Source of the DNA: Paragordius varius
Lineage: Eukaryota > Animalia > Nematomorpha
Length of the DNA: 64,000 nt
Reading direction: 5' to 3'
NCBI GenBank assembly: GCA_964247055.1
Contig: OZ176051.1
Coordinates: 1,054,001-1,118,000 of the forward strand
The notes under the pieces: generated by a model
What the model was told of the DNA's origin: nothing
Seen by the model: the letters and a program-made list of their open reading frames with translations, nothing else
The model's database searches: none
Shown here: piece by piece, positions 42,001 to 56,329 of the stretch
Numbering within the stretch: the stretch's first letter is position 1
Layout of the letters: each line of letters opens with the position of its first letter
Translations under genes and position numbers: made by a program

Positions 42001-45000
42001 ATATGCTACTGTATAAGTTTTTAGTTATTAAATAATTTTGAATAAATATCTCATTTTCACTGAATATCTTTGTTCACTTATGTGATAAAATGAGTTTATT
42101 CAAAAAAACATGCTTCTGTCATCTTTTTAAGACATTCATTGCCATCTATACAAAGTTTGACCTATTTCATCCATTAGTTTTAAAATATATTAATTAAGAA
42201 AAAAGCTCTGCTAACGATGTAAATATTAGTATGCATTTTATAGAGTTTTTATTACTCTTTCGAATGATATACTACGAATGGGCATCTGTTGCATATTAAG
42301 GCAACACATTTATAAATAAAATTGATAAAAATTAAATTCGGGTTTTAATTCTTATATCAGATTCTGTCAAAATGAATCAGAACATGCAAAAAACTCTGGC
42401 AAAAAATTTCTTGTCTAGTGTAATTAATCGTAATTATACATAACGTTGAAATAATAAAAATAAAAAGGTTTGTTTTTTAAATATCTTGGCCCGTTGGAAA
42501 TAGCTCTCTATGAGCCCTTAGCTAAAAAGATTAAAAAATATAAAAATAATTTTTTTCATTCTTTTGATTTAAGTGCTTGATGGAAAGCCATTTTGAGCCA
42601 ATAAAAATATTGTCATTATAAATCTTGAATATATCTTTATAATATCCAATAATCGAGTAAATAAGCATTATAAACTCCCATTGGGATAATGTTTGAATGT
42701 CCTACAAGCATAAAATATAAATAGCAATTATTAATAAATAATATAATAATAGTAACATTCATATAAATACAAAGTTAGTGATAGACGATAGTTATAAAAA
42801 AATATTATGCACGATGATGTTGTAATTATCTGAATTTTATATATCATTCTTAAAAAAACTCCATAAGTTATAAATCCAATTTGTTTAATTAATTTCAAAG
42901 TACAGTTAGTTGATCAAGTTATTATTTAAATTCAATAAGCCATTGATAAAACAAAGAACTTCAAATTTTGAGCATACAATTTTGATATTTGTTAAGTTTT
43001 TTTCTCGTTACCCAATTAGTTTTGGTTTATTAACGTGAAGTAATGTTAGTCATTTCGGTATTTAAATGGTTAAAGGGTATGTCATTTAAATACAGTGGCG
43101 ATACGAACAGGAGCTGGATCAGTTCTGTGGGCCCCCAAGGCAAAACAGGGGCCTTTTTTATTTCTTATAATAGTCCCCCTTTGCGGGTAGGGAATATATA
43201 TTAATTTTTTTTATTTACAGTATATGCTAATAACGATAAATTGGTTTTAATCATACTGGTAGAGAATTCTTATTGTGAAAGAATATCTCAAAAACAGTTT
43301 TAAAACTCAAATATACGTGACTGTACTGGCAAACCCATAGCTTAATAAGCTAATTACTTACGTTTAGATGTCTGCAAAGAATAGGATAAACGGGATTAGG
43401 TTTTAAAATTTAATAAATGATTTAATTCTACTAAGTATCAGAAATTCAAAAGTTTAAAAAGGAGAAAACTAACGAAGAATAAATAATTGATTGAGATTTA
43501 GTCCATAAAGTTGTTTTTGTGAATCAAATTAATTTGCATTATAAATTACTCATATTATTATTATTATTATTATTATTATACCACAGATCGTTGTCGATTT
43601 ATTGCTTTTTCGAAGGTATATTTTCTCCAGTTTATTCGATTGTAAGCGAGTGATGTTAGCTGTTGTAAAGAGAGATTGGTTTCTTTGGCTAGGTTTTCGA
43701 TCCATAACATATCAAAAATAATCAGCTTGATCAAATAACTGTACCTTGAAGCCATTAATTAAACAAATTGGATTTACAACTTATTGTGTTTTTTTAAGAA
43801 TCCATCATCGTGTATAGTATTTTTTATAACTATCGTCATATCACTAACTTTGTATTTATATGCATGTTACTATTTGCTTATATTATTTATTAATAATTGC
43901 TAATATATACTCTTTTATGCTTGTAGGACATTCAACAACTATCCCAATGGGATTTTATAATGTTAATATACTCAACTATTGACTACTATAAAGGTATTTT
44001 CCAGATTTATTATGACAATATTTTTATTGGCTCTAAATGGCTTTTCATTAAACACTTAAATCAGAAGAATGAAAAAATAATTTATATTTTTATAATCTTT
44101 TTAGCTAAGGGCTCATAGAGAGCTATCTCCAACGGGCCAAGATATTTAAAAACGAACGTTTTCAAAATCATACATTCATCATAAGCTCCTAGTAGATTTA
44201 TAAGTATTTCAAAGTGGTATATATAACTTTAAAAATTGCGAATTTTTGAATTCTGTAAAGTGGAGGATAGAAAATATCTTTAACAATATAGGTTTGAGTA
44301 ATGTTGCTTCAATCTTTAGGCATTGAAAGGGGTTTACACAACCCCTATTAAATAAAAGATAATTACTAAAACATGCATGCAAAATGAAAAGTTTTTTATA
44401 AGAAATAGGTACGCATTTTATCCAACTATATTTTTTAAATTTTTTTAAATTATCAAAATTGAAATATTTGCATACTTCGTGAAATAAAAAAATCTACCCA
44501 GTTTTTAATTTTTTTAAATTGGAGGACAGAAAATTTTTATATATAAATAAATTATACGTTTTAAAAATTGCATCGATCTCTTACACATCTCAGTTAACTG
44601 AACCGCTTCAAAATACATCTGGATTCAGACATGTAAACAATTTTAGAAGGTGTGCAAATGTTTTTATATTTTTAAGATTTTGATCTCATAGCGATTAAAA
44701 TATCTGCGTGCTTTTTTCATTTTGAGGATGAAGCATTGAAGAATCTGCGCATTTTATAGGATATTATTAAATGTTTACTCCTAGATGTATAAAAATAATA
44801 TTTATTGACAATAAATATATGATATTTGAAATTTAATATATCGTTTTTTCGATCTTGCAAGCGTCCAAAAATTATTTCAATCCACAGTGCACAAAGTTGG
44901 ATGCTATAAAAAAAATCATAATATATCAAATATATTGCATATTAGGAATATCATGGTGATTTTGGTATTAGGTCTAAATTTAGGTATATCCAATTTCATG

Positions 45001-45933
45001 GTAATTGTTATGGAAAAGTTGCAAATTAGGAAAATTTATAAATTTTTTTGGTGAAAGTAAAATTTAAAAATATCATTAAATTATGAACTATATTTAAAAA
45101 CTAAAATGAAGTTTACAATTAAGCGCAGACTCCAAATGTCACAAATTTTTAGACCCCTAAATATTTCCCCGAATTTAAAGCAAAAGCTAATCAAAATTTT
45201 GAGGTGATAGAAATGTTAAGCATAAATTATATATAAAGTTTTTGTATATAATAAAGCACCATAAAATACGATAAAAATTGCCAAAATTTAACAAAAAAAT
45301 CTATTATATTGTCAAGTTCTAGTTAATATATAAAATGTTATCACGCATCGGCTTTTTTAAAAAAACTGGCCCATTTTGGAGAAGTCCAAATGCAACTTTT
45401 GAAGCTATAAATTATATTAATTTTCGATAATATAATGATATTTTAAAGGGAGGCATTTAGCTTCCACCAAAAAATATATAATTTGCCTAATTTGCAACTT
45501 TTGAAGGAACAATTACCAAAAAAGTGAATATAACTCTAAATTATTCGTTACACTTAAAACCTAAAGCACCATGACATTCATAATATGCTATTCTCTCAGA
45601 ATATATTTGATTAATAAGGATATATTTATAGCCTCCGTTTTTGTTTGTGGATATGAATGATTTTTAAACGCTTGCAAGATCGAAAAAACGATATATTAAT
45701 TCACAAATATCATATAATTATTGTAATAAATATTATTTTTCTACATCTAGGAGTAAATATTTAATAATATCCAATAAAATGCGTAGATTCTTTAATGCTT
45801 CGGGCAAAATGAGATCAAAATCTAAAAATATAGTTAAATCATTTGGAAACCTTCTAAAAAACTTTGAATTTTACATGTGTGAATCCAGATGTATTTTTTG
45901 AAGCGGTTTAATTAACTAGGATGTGTAAGAGAT
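30021..45933 (+). repeat. Redundant 15.9-kb contig: duplicates about 17592-29820 (offset 12407 over most of it) and 46134-49839 (offset 3906)
   Basis: The ORF track repeats at +12407 and +3906; 29820 corresponds to 42227 and 46134 corresponds to 42228. Confidence 0.92.
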
Positions 45934-46133
45934 NNNNNNNNNNNNNNNNNNNNNNNNNNNNNNNNNNNNNNNNNNNNNNNNNNNNNNNNNNNNNNNNNNN
46001 NNNNNNNNNNNNNNNNNNNNNNNNNNNNNNNNNNNNNNNNNNNNNNNNNNNNNNNNNNNNNNNNNNNNNNNNNNNNNNNNNNNNNNNNNNNNNNNNNNNN
46101 NNNNNNNNNNNNNNNNNNNNNNNNNNNNNNNNN
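45934..46133. other. Assembly gap (200 N)
   Basis: Run of exactly 200 N. Confidence 1.
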
Positions 46134-46379
46134 AGTATGCATTTTATAGAGTTTTTATTACTCTTTCGAATGATATACTACGAATGGGCATCTGTTGCAT
46201 ATTAAGGCAACACATTTATAAATAAAATTGATAAAAATTAAATTCGGGTTTTAATTCTTATATCAGATTCTGTCAAAATGAATCAGAACATGCAAAAAAC
46301 TCTGGCAAAAAATTTCTTGTCTAGTGTAATTAATCGTAATTATACATAACGTTGAAATAATAAAAATAAAAAGGTTTGT

Positions 46380-48060
46380 TTTTTAAATATCTTGGCCCGT
46401 TGGAAATAGCTCTCTATGAGCCCTTAGCTAAAAAGATTAAAAAATATAAAAATAATTTTTTTCATTCTTTTGATTTAAGTGCTTGATGGAAAGCCATTTT
46501 GAGCCAATAAAAATATTGTCATTATAAATCTTGAATATATCTTTATAATATCCAATAATCGAGTAAATAAGCATTATAAACTCCCATTGGGATAATGTTT
46601 GAATGTCCTACAAGCATAAAATATAAATAGCAATTATTAATAAATAATATAATAATAGTAACATTCATATAAATACAAAGTTAGTGATAGACGATAGTTA
46701 TAAAAAAATATTATGCACGATGATGTTGTAATTATCTGAATTTTATATATCATTCTTAAAAAAACTCCATAAGTTATAAATCCAATTTGTTTAATTAATT
46801 TCAAAGTACAGTTAGTTGATCAAGTTATTATTTAAATTCAATAAGCCATTGATAAAACAAAGAACTTCAAATTTTGAGCATACAATTTTGATATTTGTTA
46901 AGTTTTTTTCTCGTTACCCAATTAGTTTTGGTTTATTAACGTGAAGTAATGTTAGTCATTTCGGTATTTAAATGGTTAAAGGGTATGTCATTTAAATACA
47001 GTGGCGATACGAACAGGAGCTGGATCAGTTCTGTGGGCCCCCAAGGCAAAACAGGGGCCTTTTTTATTTCTTATAATAGTCCCCCTTTGCGGGTAGGGAA
47101 TATATATTAATTTTTTTTATTTACAGTATATGCTAATAACGATAAATTGGTTTTAATCATACTGGTAGAGAATTCTTATTGTGAAAGAATATCTCAAAAA
47201 CAGTTTTAAAACTCAAATATACGTGACTGTACTGGCAAACCCATAGCTTAATAAGCTAATTACTTACGTTTAGATGTCTGCAAAGAATAGGATAAACGGG
47301 ATTAGGTTTTAAAATTTAATAAATGATTTAATTCTACTAAGTATCAGAAATTCAAAAGTTTAAAAAGGAGAAAACTAACGAAGAATAAATAATTGATTGA
47401 GATTTAGTCCATAAAGTTGTTTTTGTGAATCAAATTAATTTGCATTATAAATTACTCATATTATTATTATTATTATTATTATTATACCACAGATCGTTGT
47501 CGATTTATTGCTTTTTCGAAGGTATATTTTCTCCAGTTTATTCGATTGTAAGCGAGTGATGTTAGCTGTTGTAAAGAGAGATTGGTTTCTTTGGCTAGGT
47601 TTTCGATCCATAACATATCAAAAATAATCAGCTTGATCAAATAACTGTACCTTGAAGCCATTAATTAAACAAATTGGATTTACAACTTATTGTGTTTTTT
47701 TAAGAATCCATCATCGTGTATAGTATTTTTTATAACTATCGTCATATCACTAACTTTGTATTTATATGCATGTTACTATTTGCTTATATTATTTATTAAT
47801 AATTGCTAATATATACTCTTTTATGCTTGTAGGACATTCAACAACTATCCCAATGGGATTTTATAATGTTAATATACTCAACTATTGACTACTATAAAGG
47901 TATTTTCCAGATTTATTATGACAATATTTTTATTGGCTCTAAATGGCTTTTCATTAAACACTTAAATCAGAAGAATGAAAAAATAATTTATATTTTTATA
48001 ATCTTTTTAGCTAAGGGCTCATAGAGAGCTATCTCCAACGGGCCAAGATATTTAAAAACG
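46380..48060. repeat. Inverted pair of a ~450-bp repeat (46380-46830 reverse, 47612-48060 forward); third copy at 15176-15640
   Basis: Shared ends ATCAGCTTGATCAA and TAGCTAAGGGCTCATAGAGAGCTAT...GGGCCAAGATATTTAAAAA; duplicated at -3906 in the redundant contig. Confidence 0.75.
47458..47485 (+). repeat. (ATT)n microsatellite at the outer edge of the right IR arm
   Basis: About 8 ATT units; duplicated at 43552-43579. Confidence 0.85.
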
Positions 48061-48084
48061 AACGTTTTCAAAATCATACATTCA

Positions 48085-49985
48085 TCATAAGCTCCTAGTA
48101 GATTTATAAGTATTTCAAAGTGGTATATATAACTTTAAAAATTGCGAATTTTTGAATTCTGTAAAGTGGAGGATAGAAAATATCTTTAACAATATAGGTT
48201 TGAGTAATGTTGCTTCAATCTTTAGGCATTGAAAGGGGTTTACACAACCCCTATTAAATAAAAGATAATTACTAAAACATGCATGCAAAATGAAAAGTTT
48301 TTTATAAGAAATAGGTACGCATTTTATCCAACTATATTTTTTAAATTTTTTTAAATTATCAAAATTGAAATATTTGCATACTTCGTGAAATAAAAAAATC
48401 TACCCAGTTTTTAATTTTTTTAAATTGGAGGACAGAAAATTTTTATATATAAATAAATTATACGTTTTAAAAATTGCATCGATCTCTTACACATCTCAGT
48501 TAACTGAACCGCTTCAAAATACATCTGGATTCAGACATGTAAACAATTTTAGAAGGTGTGCAAATGTTTTTATATTTTTAAGATTTTGATCTCATAGCGA
48601 TTAAAATATCTGCGTGCTTTTTTCATTTTGAGGATGAAGCATTGAAGAATCTGCGCATTTTATAGGATATTATTAAATGTTTACTCCTAGATGTATAAAA
48701 ATAATATTTATTGACAATAAATATATGATATTTGAAATTTAATATATCGTTTTTTCGATCTTGCAAGCGTCCAAAAATTATTTCAATCCACAGTGCACAA
48801 AGTTGGATGCTATAAAAAAAATCATAATATATCAAATATATTGCATATTAGGAATATCATGGTGATTTTGGTATTAGGTCTAAATTTAGGTATATCCAAT
48901 TTCATGGTAATTGTTATGGAAAAGTTGCAAATTAGGAAAATTTATAAATTTTTTTGGTGAAAGTAAAATTTAAAAATATCATTAAATTATGAACTATATT
49001 TAAAAACTAAAATGAAGTTTACAATTAAGCGCAGACTCCAAATGTCACAAATTTTTAGACCCCTAAATATTTCCCCGAATTTAAAGCAAAAGCTAATCAA
49101 AATTTTGAGGTGATAGAAATGTTAAGCATAAATTATATATAAAGTTTTTGTATATAATAAAGCACCATAAAATACGATAAAAATTGCCAAAATTTAACAA
49201 AAAAATCTATTATATTGTCAAGTTCTAGTTAATATATAAAATGTTATCACGCATCGGCTTTTTTAAAAAAACTGGCCCATTTTGGAGAAGTCCAAATGCA
49301 ACTTTTGAAGCTATAAATTATATTAATTTTCGATAATATAATGATATTTTAAAGGGAGGCATTTAGCTTCCACCAAAAAATATATAATTTGCCTAATTTG
49401 CAACTTTTGAAGGAACAATTACCAAAAAAGTGAATATAACTCTAAATTATTCGTTACACTTAAAACCTAAAGCACCATGACATTCATAATATGCTATTCT
49501 CTCAGAATATATTTGATTAATAAGGATATATTTATAGCCTCCGTTTTTGTTTGTGGATATGAATGATTTTTAAACGCTTGCAAGATCGAAAAAACGATAT
49601 ATTAATTCACAAATATCATATAATTATTGTAATAAATATTATTTTTCTACATCTAGGAGTAAATATTTAATAATATCCAATAAAATGCGTAGATTCTTTA
49701 ATGCTTCGGGCAAAATGAGATCAAAATCTAAAAATATAGTTAAATCATTTGGAAACCTTCTAAAAAACTTTGAATTTTACATGTGTGAATCCAGATGTAT
49801 TTTTTGAAGCGGTTTAATTAACTAGGATGTGTAAGAGATTGATGCAATTGCTAAAACCTATAAATTATTTGTCTATAAATAGATTTTCTGTCCTCCAATT
49901 AACAGAATTCAAAAATTCGCAATATTTTTAAAGTTATGCCACTTTTAAATTTTAATAAGTCTATTAGAAGCAGACTTATGATTTT
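48085..49985. mobile_element. ~1.9-kb foldback-like element, palindromic over most of its length
   Basis: Outer arms (e.g. CGTTTTTTCGATCTTGCAAGCGT / ACGCTTGCAAGATCGAAAAAACG) and inner arms (CATGGTG..GTTGCAAATTAGG / CCTAATTTGCAAC..CACCATG) mirror about a centre near 49150. Confidence 0.8.
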
Positions 49986-50739
49986 TATTCAAAAATATAA
50001 GCATAAGGATGGAAGCAAAAGGATTTAAGCATAAGGACGTAAGCAATACTTACCCGAACATGGGTCTTAGTATTTTAATTTAACTAAATAAAAAATAGTT
50101 GTCTAGATACTCCTACTTTACCGACTTTTATTAATGCCTGTAATAAAAAATACCTGGTGACTTTGGCGATGGTGTTGTGTTGTTTTCATAGCTAATCGGG
50201 ATCGATTCCTCGCTATTTCGTAATAGTTACGCTAGTTTGTAAGGTTTGGTGTGATGGATATCAACTGTTGCAATGTTAGTTACTAAGAATCGAACCAATT
50301 CATTTTGCATCTACCACGTTTTCTTGTGCGTAGATAGATGAACACGCTCTATAACTATATAATTCAGAATATAATATGATATCACTTTCTATCAAATTGG
50401 AGTTACAAGCAACATACAAATGCAAAGACAGAAAAGGTTATCTTTTTGTCATTCATTGCCATCTACACACAAAGTTTGAGCTATTTTCATCCATTAGTTT
50501 TAAAATTATATTAATTTAAAAAAAACGCTCTCACTTCGGGCGTTTATCGCTTTCTTCCTATGTCCAATATTAATCGATGTAAAACAGTATATAGAGTTTT
50601 ACTCTTTCGAATATACTACAAATGAAACTTTTTGTATATTTTCAAAAACATTTTTAAATAAAATTTTGATAAAGAGGGCGAATAATCATAAAAAAATCTT
50701 TAATGGAATAATGATTAACTGTTAAAATGATAGTGAATA

Positions 50740-51920
50740 ACAGAAAATGTCATGGAGTGTTATTAGAACACGTGACGCAGCAAAAATGTTACATTTATCA
50801 ATTATATATCATTCGATTGCTAAAAATTCGGGGAAAGGAATATAAAAAAATAATGCGAAAATCGCATTCTTGTCTTATATTAAGTCGAATAAAATTAAAT
50901 GTAACGGATAAAAATGCGTCGATTTTGATAATATATAGCATAAGGTTATTCCTAAACACAAAATGTTAGCGAAAATTCCATAGGGTCTTTTAAGTATTTT
51001 CAAGTATTAATGAAATTGTTTTTTGGGGTAAAATTTAAATTTTAAGAACTTGCTGCGGTGAAAAGAATTTTTGTTTTAACTATTATAATATTTAGAGTTT
51101 AAGCAATATATCCAAAATGAATCAAGGCTTAGATAAATTTTTAATTGCACCAAACCAAAAGTAGCTTAAAACTTTAAAAAAACATGCAGACAATTCACCC
51201 TCGAACAATTCAAATTCACCCTTAAACAATTCAAATTCACCCTCAAATAAATTATATGTTTTTTAAGATAAAAAATACCTATATATTTTATATAATATTA
51301 AAAATAAAATTTTGTTTTAAAATTAAAATAATACTGAAAAAATAATAAACTATGCCATAAAGATATATTTCATATAATAATGACTTATATTAGTTCGTAA
51401 ACAAATTTATTTTTAGGGTGAATTTGAATAGAGAGGGTGAATTTGAATTATTCAAGGGTGAATTTGAATTGTTCGTGGGTGAATTTGAACTGTAAATGGT
51501 ATATTATGCCCAAAAATTATGTTTTGATGTAATTTTGGCTATTAATCCCGCTTTTTAAAACATCTCTTAAAAAGCTGAGTCGGTAGATTTTTTTCTTTCC
51601 ATATTATAAATATATTAAATATTTATAAAAATTATAAGCTTTAATTTGTTTATACTCTAAAAAATTGTACGCTATAATCATACATGTAAGATTATCCATA
51701 CGGAATATATTAGCAAATAAATTTTGCGCGTTTTTTCTGTTGTATTTAAATTTCGACCCAATTGTATACATAAATGCGATTTTCGATTATAACAAATAAT
51801 GGAAAAAAATAAAAAAATTGTTTCTTGCCTGTTAATCGCATTTATTTTTTATTTTAATCCTGAAGCCTTTGACTATCGAATATATGATCCATTATATTTT
51901 TGCTGCACTCGTATTCCACA
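50740..51920. repeat. Old degenerate palindrome with MITE B near its centre
   Basis: GCAGCAAAAA/TTTTTGCTGC, CGAAAATCGCAT/ATGCGATTTTCG and GTCGAA..AAAT/ATTT..TTCGAC lie at mirrored positions. Confidence 0.55.
51180..51501. mobile_element. MITE B: 21-bp repeats (GAACAATTCAAATTCACCCTT), intact right end, decayed left end
   Basis: Right end ...GAACTGTAAATGGTA followed by TA; interior is the reverse complement of MITE C. Confidence 0.8.
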
Positions 51921-52099
51921 GCGCTACTAATGTTTTTAAATGATGCATTGAATAACCGAATTATATTTTCTATGTTTCTTATAAAATTAAAATTAACCAA
52001 AAATCTTACTTAAAATTGATACTTTTAAATAAAAAACATTAAACAAAAATATATTACCCTAAACTCAAATCCGGATTAGATGAAGTTATAAAAATATTT

Positions 52100-53520
52100 T
52101 TATTAAAATATATGTTGCCAGATTATTAACACCTTTCAAGTTGAAAATTTGCAATAAATTTTTATTTATTAAATTCTTCATACCGGGTTGATTGTATAGT
52201 TACACCAACTAAATTAACGTGAGTTCAAAAATTTTACGTGACTGGATTAATATACAATTATTTAGCAATAAGCAATTTATATTTCAAAAAAAAATTTATT
52301 GAATACAATTTCTAGTTGCATATCTATTTAGTTTATTGTGTGATTTTTTTTTGAAAAAATTTATTTACAAAAAATACCTGGAGTATATTGTATAAGAGGT
52401 TGAGAATATTTGCGTTTTAACTTTTGTTGATCTTGTTATTATAAAAAAAAATTAAAAAATGATAGTATATTTGAATTTAGTTTATTATGTGAATTTTCTT
52501 GAAAAATTTTATATACAAAAAATACCTGGAGTAAATTGTATCAGGGGTTGAGAATATCTATGTCTTGACTTTATTTGGCATTCTTGTTATAAGAAAAATT
52601 TAAAGAAAGTTTTGAAAAAATAATTGGTCTTCACCTAAGAATTTTTTATTAATAGGGTTTACTGAAATTTTTAGCGATTTAACATGACAGTCAAAATTTT
52701 TAAATTTTATAATAAACCATATAACATTTACATCAGATTGATTTAAATGAACTACCATTCAAAAAATTGAGTTTTTTGCGCTCTTCAGTATCAATATCAG
52801 AGGTGAAACCAAATCAATTACTTGACAGTTTCAGTCTGCATCAGACTCTCCAATCCCCTTCAGAGAATAGCCTTCACGGTTCTTTCGAATTATATGAAAC
52901 ACATGCCTCTATATTTAAAATTTTAAAAATTTCGAATGTCATGTTAAATCGCTATAAATTTTAGTAAACCCTAATAATAAATTCTTAGGTGAAGACCAAT
53001 TATTTTTTCAAATAGAGTAACTTTCTTTAATGAAATATTTATATATAACAAGAATGCCAAATAAAGTCGAGACCTAGATATTCACAACCCCTAATACAAT
53101 TCACACCAGGTATTTTTTGTATATAAAATTTTTCAAGAAAATTCACATAATAAACTAAATTCAAATATACATCATTTTTTATTAATTTTTTATAATATCA
53201 AGATCAAAAGTCAAAACGCAATTATTCTCAACCTCTTATCCAATATACCCCAGGTATTTTTTGTAAATAAATTTTTTAAAAAAAAATCACACAATAAACT
53301 AAATAGATATGCAACTAGAAATTTTATTCAATAAAATTTTTTTTGCAATGATAATTGTTTAATGCTAAATATTTGTAGTTTTATCCAATAACATAAAATA
53401 TTTAATTTTACATAAAATTATTTAGTGTAACTTTATAATAAATTCGGTATTGAGAATTTAATAGATAAGAATAATATATTCGGAAAGTTTCAATTTAAAA
53501 GGTGTTAATAATCTCACGAT
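52100..53520. mobile_element. Foldback palindrome, family G (~620-bp arms, ~190-bp loop)
   Basis: Arms of about 52100-52720 and 52910-53520 mirror each other (GGTCTTCACCTAAGAATT / AATTCTTAGGTGAAGACC); homologous to the outer arms of the giant IR (about 15800-17250). Confidence 0.85.
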
Positions 53521-55865
53521 GTAAAGTTTAATAATTTTGATTATATATTTAAATAGTTCATGCATTGACTTGGGTCCATGTAATATATTTTAATATAAGT
53601 TTTTTAGTTAATTAATTTAAAATCAATTTCTAAATCTCATTTCTACTGAATATATTTTTGTTCTATTATGTGATAAAATGAGTATATTTAAAATAACATG
53701 CTTGTGTTATCTTTTTAAGTTCATTGCCATCTATACAAAGTTGGACCTATTACATTCATTAGTTTTAAAAATATATTAATTAAGAAAAAATCTCTGCTTC
53801 GCGAGTTTGTCGCTTCCTATGTCAAATATTAACTAACGGTGGAATATATAAGTATGCCTTTTTTTATTAATCTTCGAATGACATATTACGAATCTACAGC
53901 AAAATTAATATTTGTGTATAGATTAGCGTTCGGTTTTTAAATCAAAATTCGATAAAATGTACATCATGAAAATATGTAAATTATATGTATAGAAGTTGAA
54001 TTCAAAGATCAATATATTATATAAACTTTGTAAAAATATTATATCATATATTTAATTTAAAGGATTTGATCAGTAAAAAAAATATCGACTTTTCGGAATG
54101 AATACATCAAAATTTAGAATAGCTATCAGACATCCCTTAATAATAAAATACCATAGATATATTTAATACTTAGAAACTTAATGAATATTGCAATTTTATT
54201 GTCTTTTAAAAGCTAAATATGTTGTCCTAACATTCATTTAAAAATGTTCTAAAAAATTTAATCCACGTTTCAAAATCTTCAGCCAGGTTCTAAGGTTTTG
54301 CAAAATGGCCGAAAAGTCAATAACACCTTATTTTTATATATAACAAAATGTCAGTAGTAAATCATGAAATTATTTTAGCCAATTTAAGTTTTAGCGAAAT
54401 TTCCATTTAGTTTACAAATATTATTTTTGTTTAAGGTAATGTTTAACACTTGGATACAACACACTCATTTTAGTCCTTCGATTCAAATTGGGGTAGTTGG
54501 ATACCCCAGGTCTGTTTAAAATTAAATTCTTTAAAAAATATAGAAGGAATCGAAACCATGGCAAAATTTTGCACTTATCTAACATTAATAAACCGAAATA
54601 TATAAAAAACATTATACAAAAATACTTGATATTACTTATTTTAAGCTAAAACCGAAAGGTAAAAATTTCATCAACGTGACATGTGTCAAATTGTAAAATT
54701 GAAAAATTATACAAACTAAACCGCTTTTTCTATTTCTATCAATGTTAGATGTAATTTATATAAAATATTAGCTTTAGTTTTACCCTAATTAAATAAAGAC
54801 GATATTTTGCAAATATTTTGTAAAATAAAAATGGCGTCGAAATAGTTTGAGATGGAGCTTTTTTTTCAAAACAAAATTTTATCAAGATGTTTTGGCATAT
54901 TTATATAATATTTATCAGGATAGAAGCATAAATTTAAATTGGGACCGTTTCCTTCAGTAGTTTTTTAAAAATATTACATTTAATTTAGTATGGGGTATTT
55001 AGATACCCCAATTTGAATCGAGTTAATTTAATTTGGGAAAATTACCCAATATTAAATTAATATTTAAAAAAATATGCTTGTAATAAAAATATTATACCTA
55101 TATCTTAAATAGTATGCTTAAAAATTACAAATAGGCCCAAGAATTTGATAAAAAAGTTAGATGTAGAAATTTAAGAAATGATATAATTATTAAGACTGCA
55201 AAAAAATATAAAAAAACAGCTATTCAAATTAGGCAAAAAGAATATAAAGCGAGGAAAAATAAATGTTCAAAATTTAGTCACGTAAAGAATAGCGTGTTAT
55301 TTATAAACCAAACTAATTTGCATGTTAAGAAAATATACGGTTTTAAAAGTAAAGAGAGTTCATATCATTTTAGTTGTTAAACGGAAAAAAATTATTTAAT
55401 TTACATGTCTATTACATCATGTACGATATTATTCACTTCTCAGTTAATTAAAAATTGTGGATAAAAAGTACAACGGTTTAAAATTACATATAAACAATTC
55501 AAATTAAATTATTTTCTAATATATACCACGAATACGTGCTTTTAAATTCAAATTTTATTAACATAACTTTTTATTTTATCAACAAGAATAAATAAATTAT
55601 AAAAACTAATTTTTTCACTTAATATCCAACTTTATTAGTTTACAATAGGGCTTTTAGTAGTAAAAGAACGGTTGGGATTTTTGTCATTTCGATTAGGCAT
55701 ATTAATTATTTCATCCCTTTTTATATAATTCTCAAAAAGAATATCCAAACATAAAAAAGTTTTAATTCATCTGAACCTTACTCAAGCAATAGGATAGCAT
55801 AATGGAAAATATATATATAGTACACTTTATTAAAAACCAAATTTTGTGTATGTCATTCAATGGAT

Positions 55866-56234
55866 TTAAGTGAAAATTGCCTTGGGATAATTAAATGATG
55901 AGTGCGTAGGCTTTGGTGACTTTATAAATATATTTGGACGGAATTTATTGCGATAATTAGGACAGTTGTATTCCCTGTGTTGGCTAAAAGAAAACAATTT
56001 AAAAGCAGTAGGACTGATTTGCAAAGACGTCAATTGCAAGGCCGAGACGGCAGGATCGTAAACATTTCGCTTAAAAATATATGAAGTGGGATTGATTTTA
56101 TCAATTTTTAATTTATTCCTCTGCCCAAAATGTAAAGGTTTATTTTGGTGATTTTCTACAAGCACATCCTTACTGTTAGAATATTTATTAGCAGATCTAA
56201 TATTAACCTTTAAAATTTTCAGGAAAACAATCAC
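55866..56234 (-). other. 122-codon open frame of an unidentified repeated, coding-like sequence
   Basis: Longest non-repetitive ORF outside the RTE relics; a decayed homologue lies at 9400-9710; no family recognised. Confidence 0.3.
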
Positions 56235-56329
56235 GGATAAAAAACTAATTGTAAATTTTATAAGTAAATTTATCCTGAAAAAATTTCGATAAAAAGGACC
56301 TAAAAAAGTATGTTTATTTTGTCTTGTAT

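Noticed and set aside
29773-46205. ORFs containing X runs (29773, 45912, 45921)
   Set aside because: Artefacts of reading through the N gaps.
50046-50054. ATACTTACC, like the U1 snRNA 5' end
   Set aside because: Similarity stops after 9 nt; no U1 stem-loops or Sm site.
52770-52800. Second hammerhead core (CUGAAGA, minus strand) in the family G loop
   Set aside because: No stem II followed by GAAA and no stem III.
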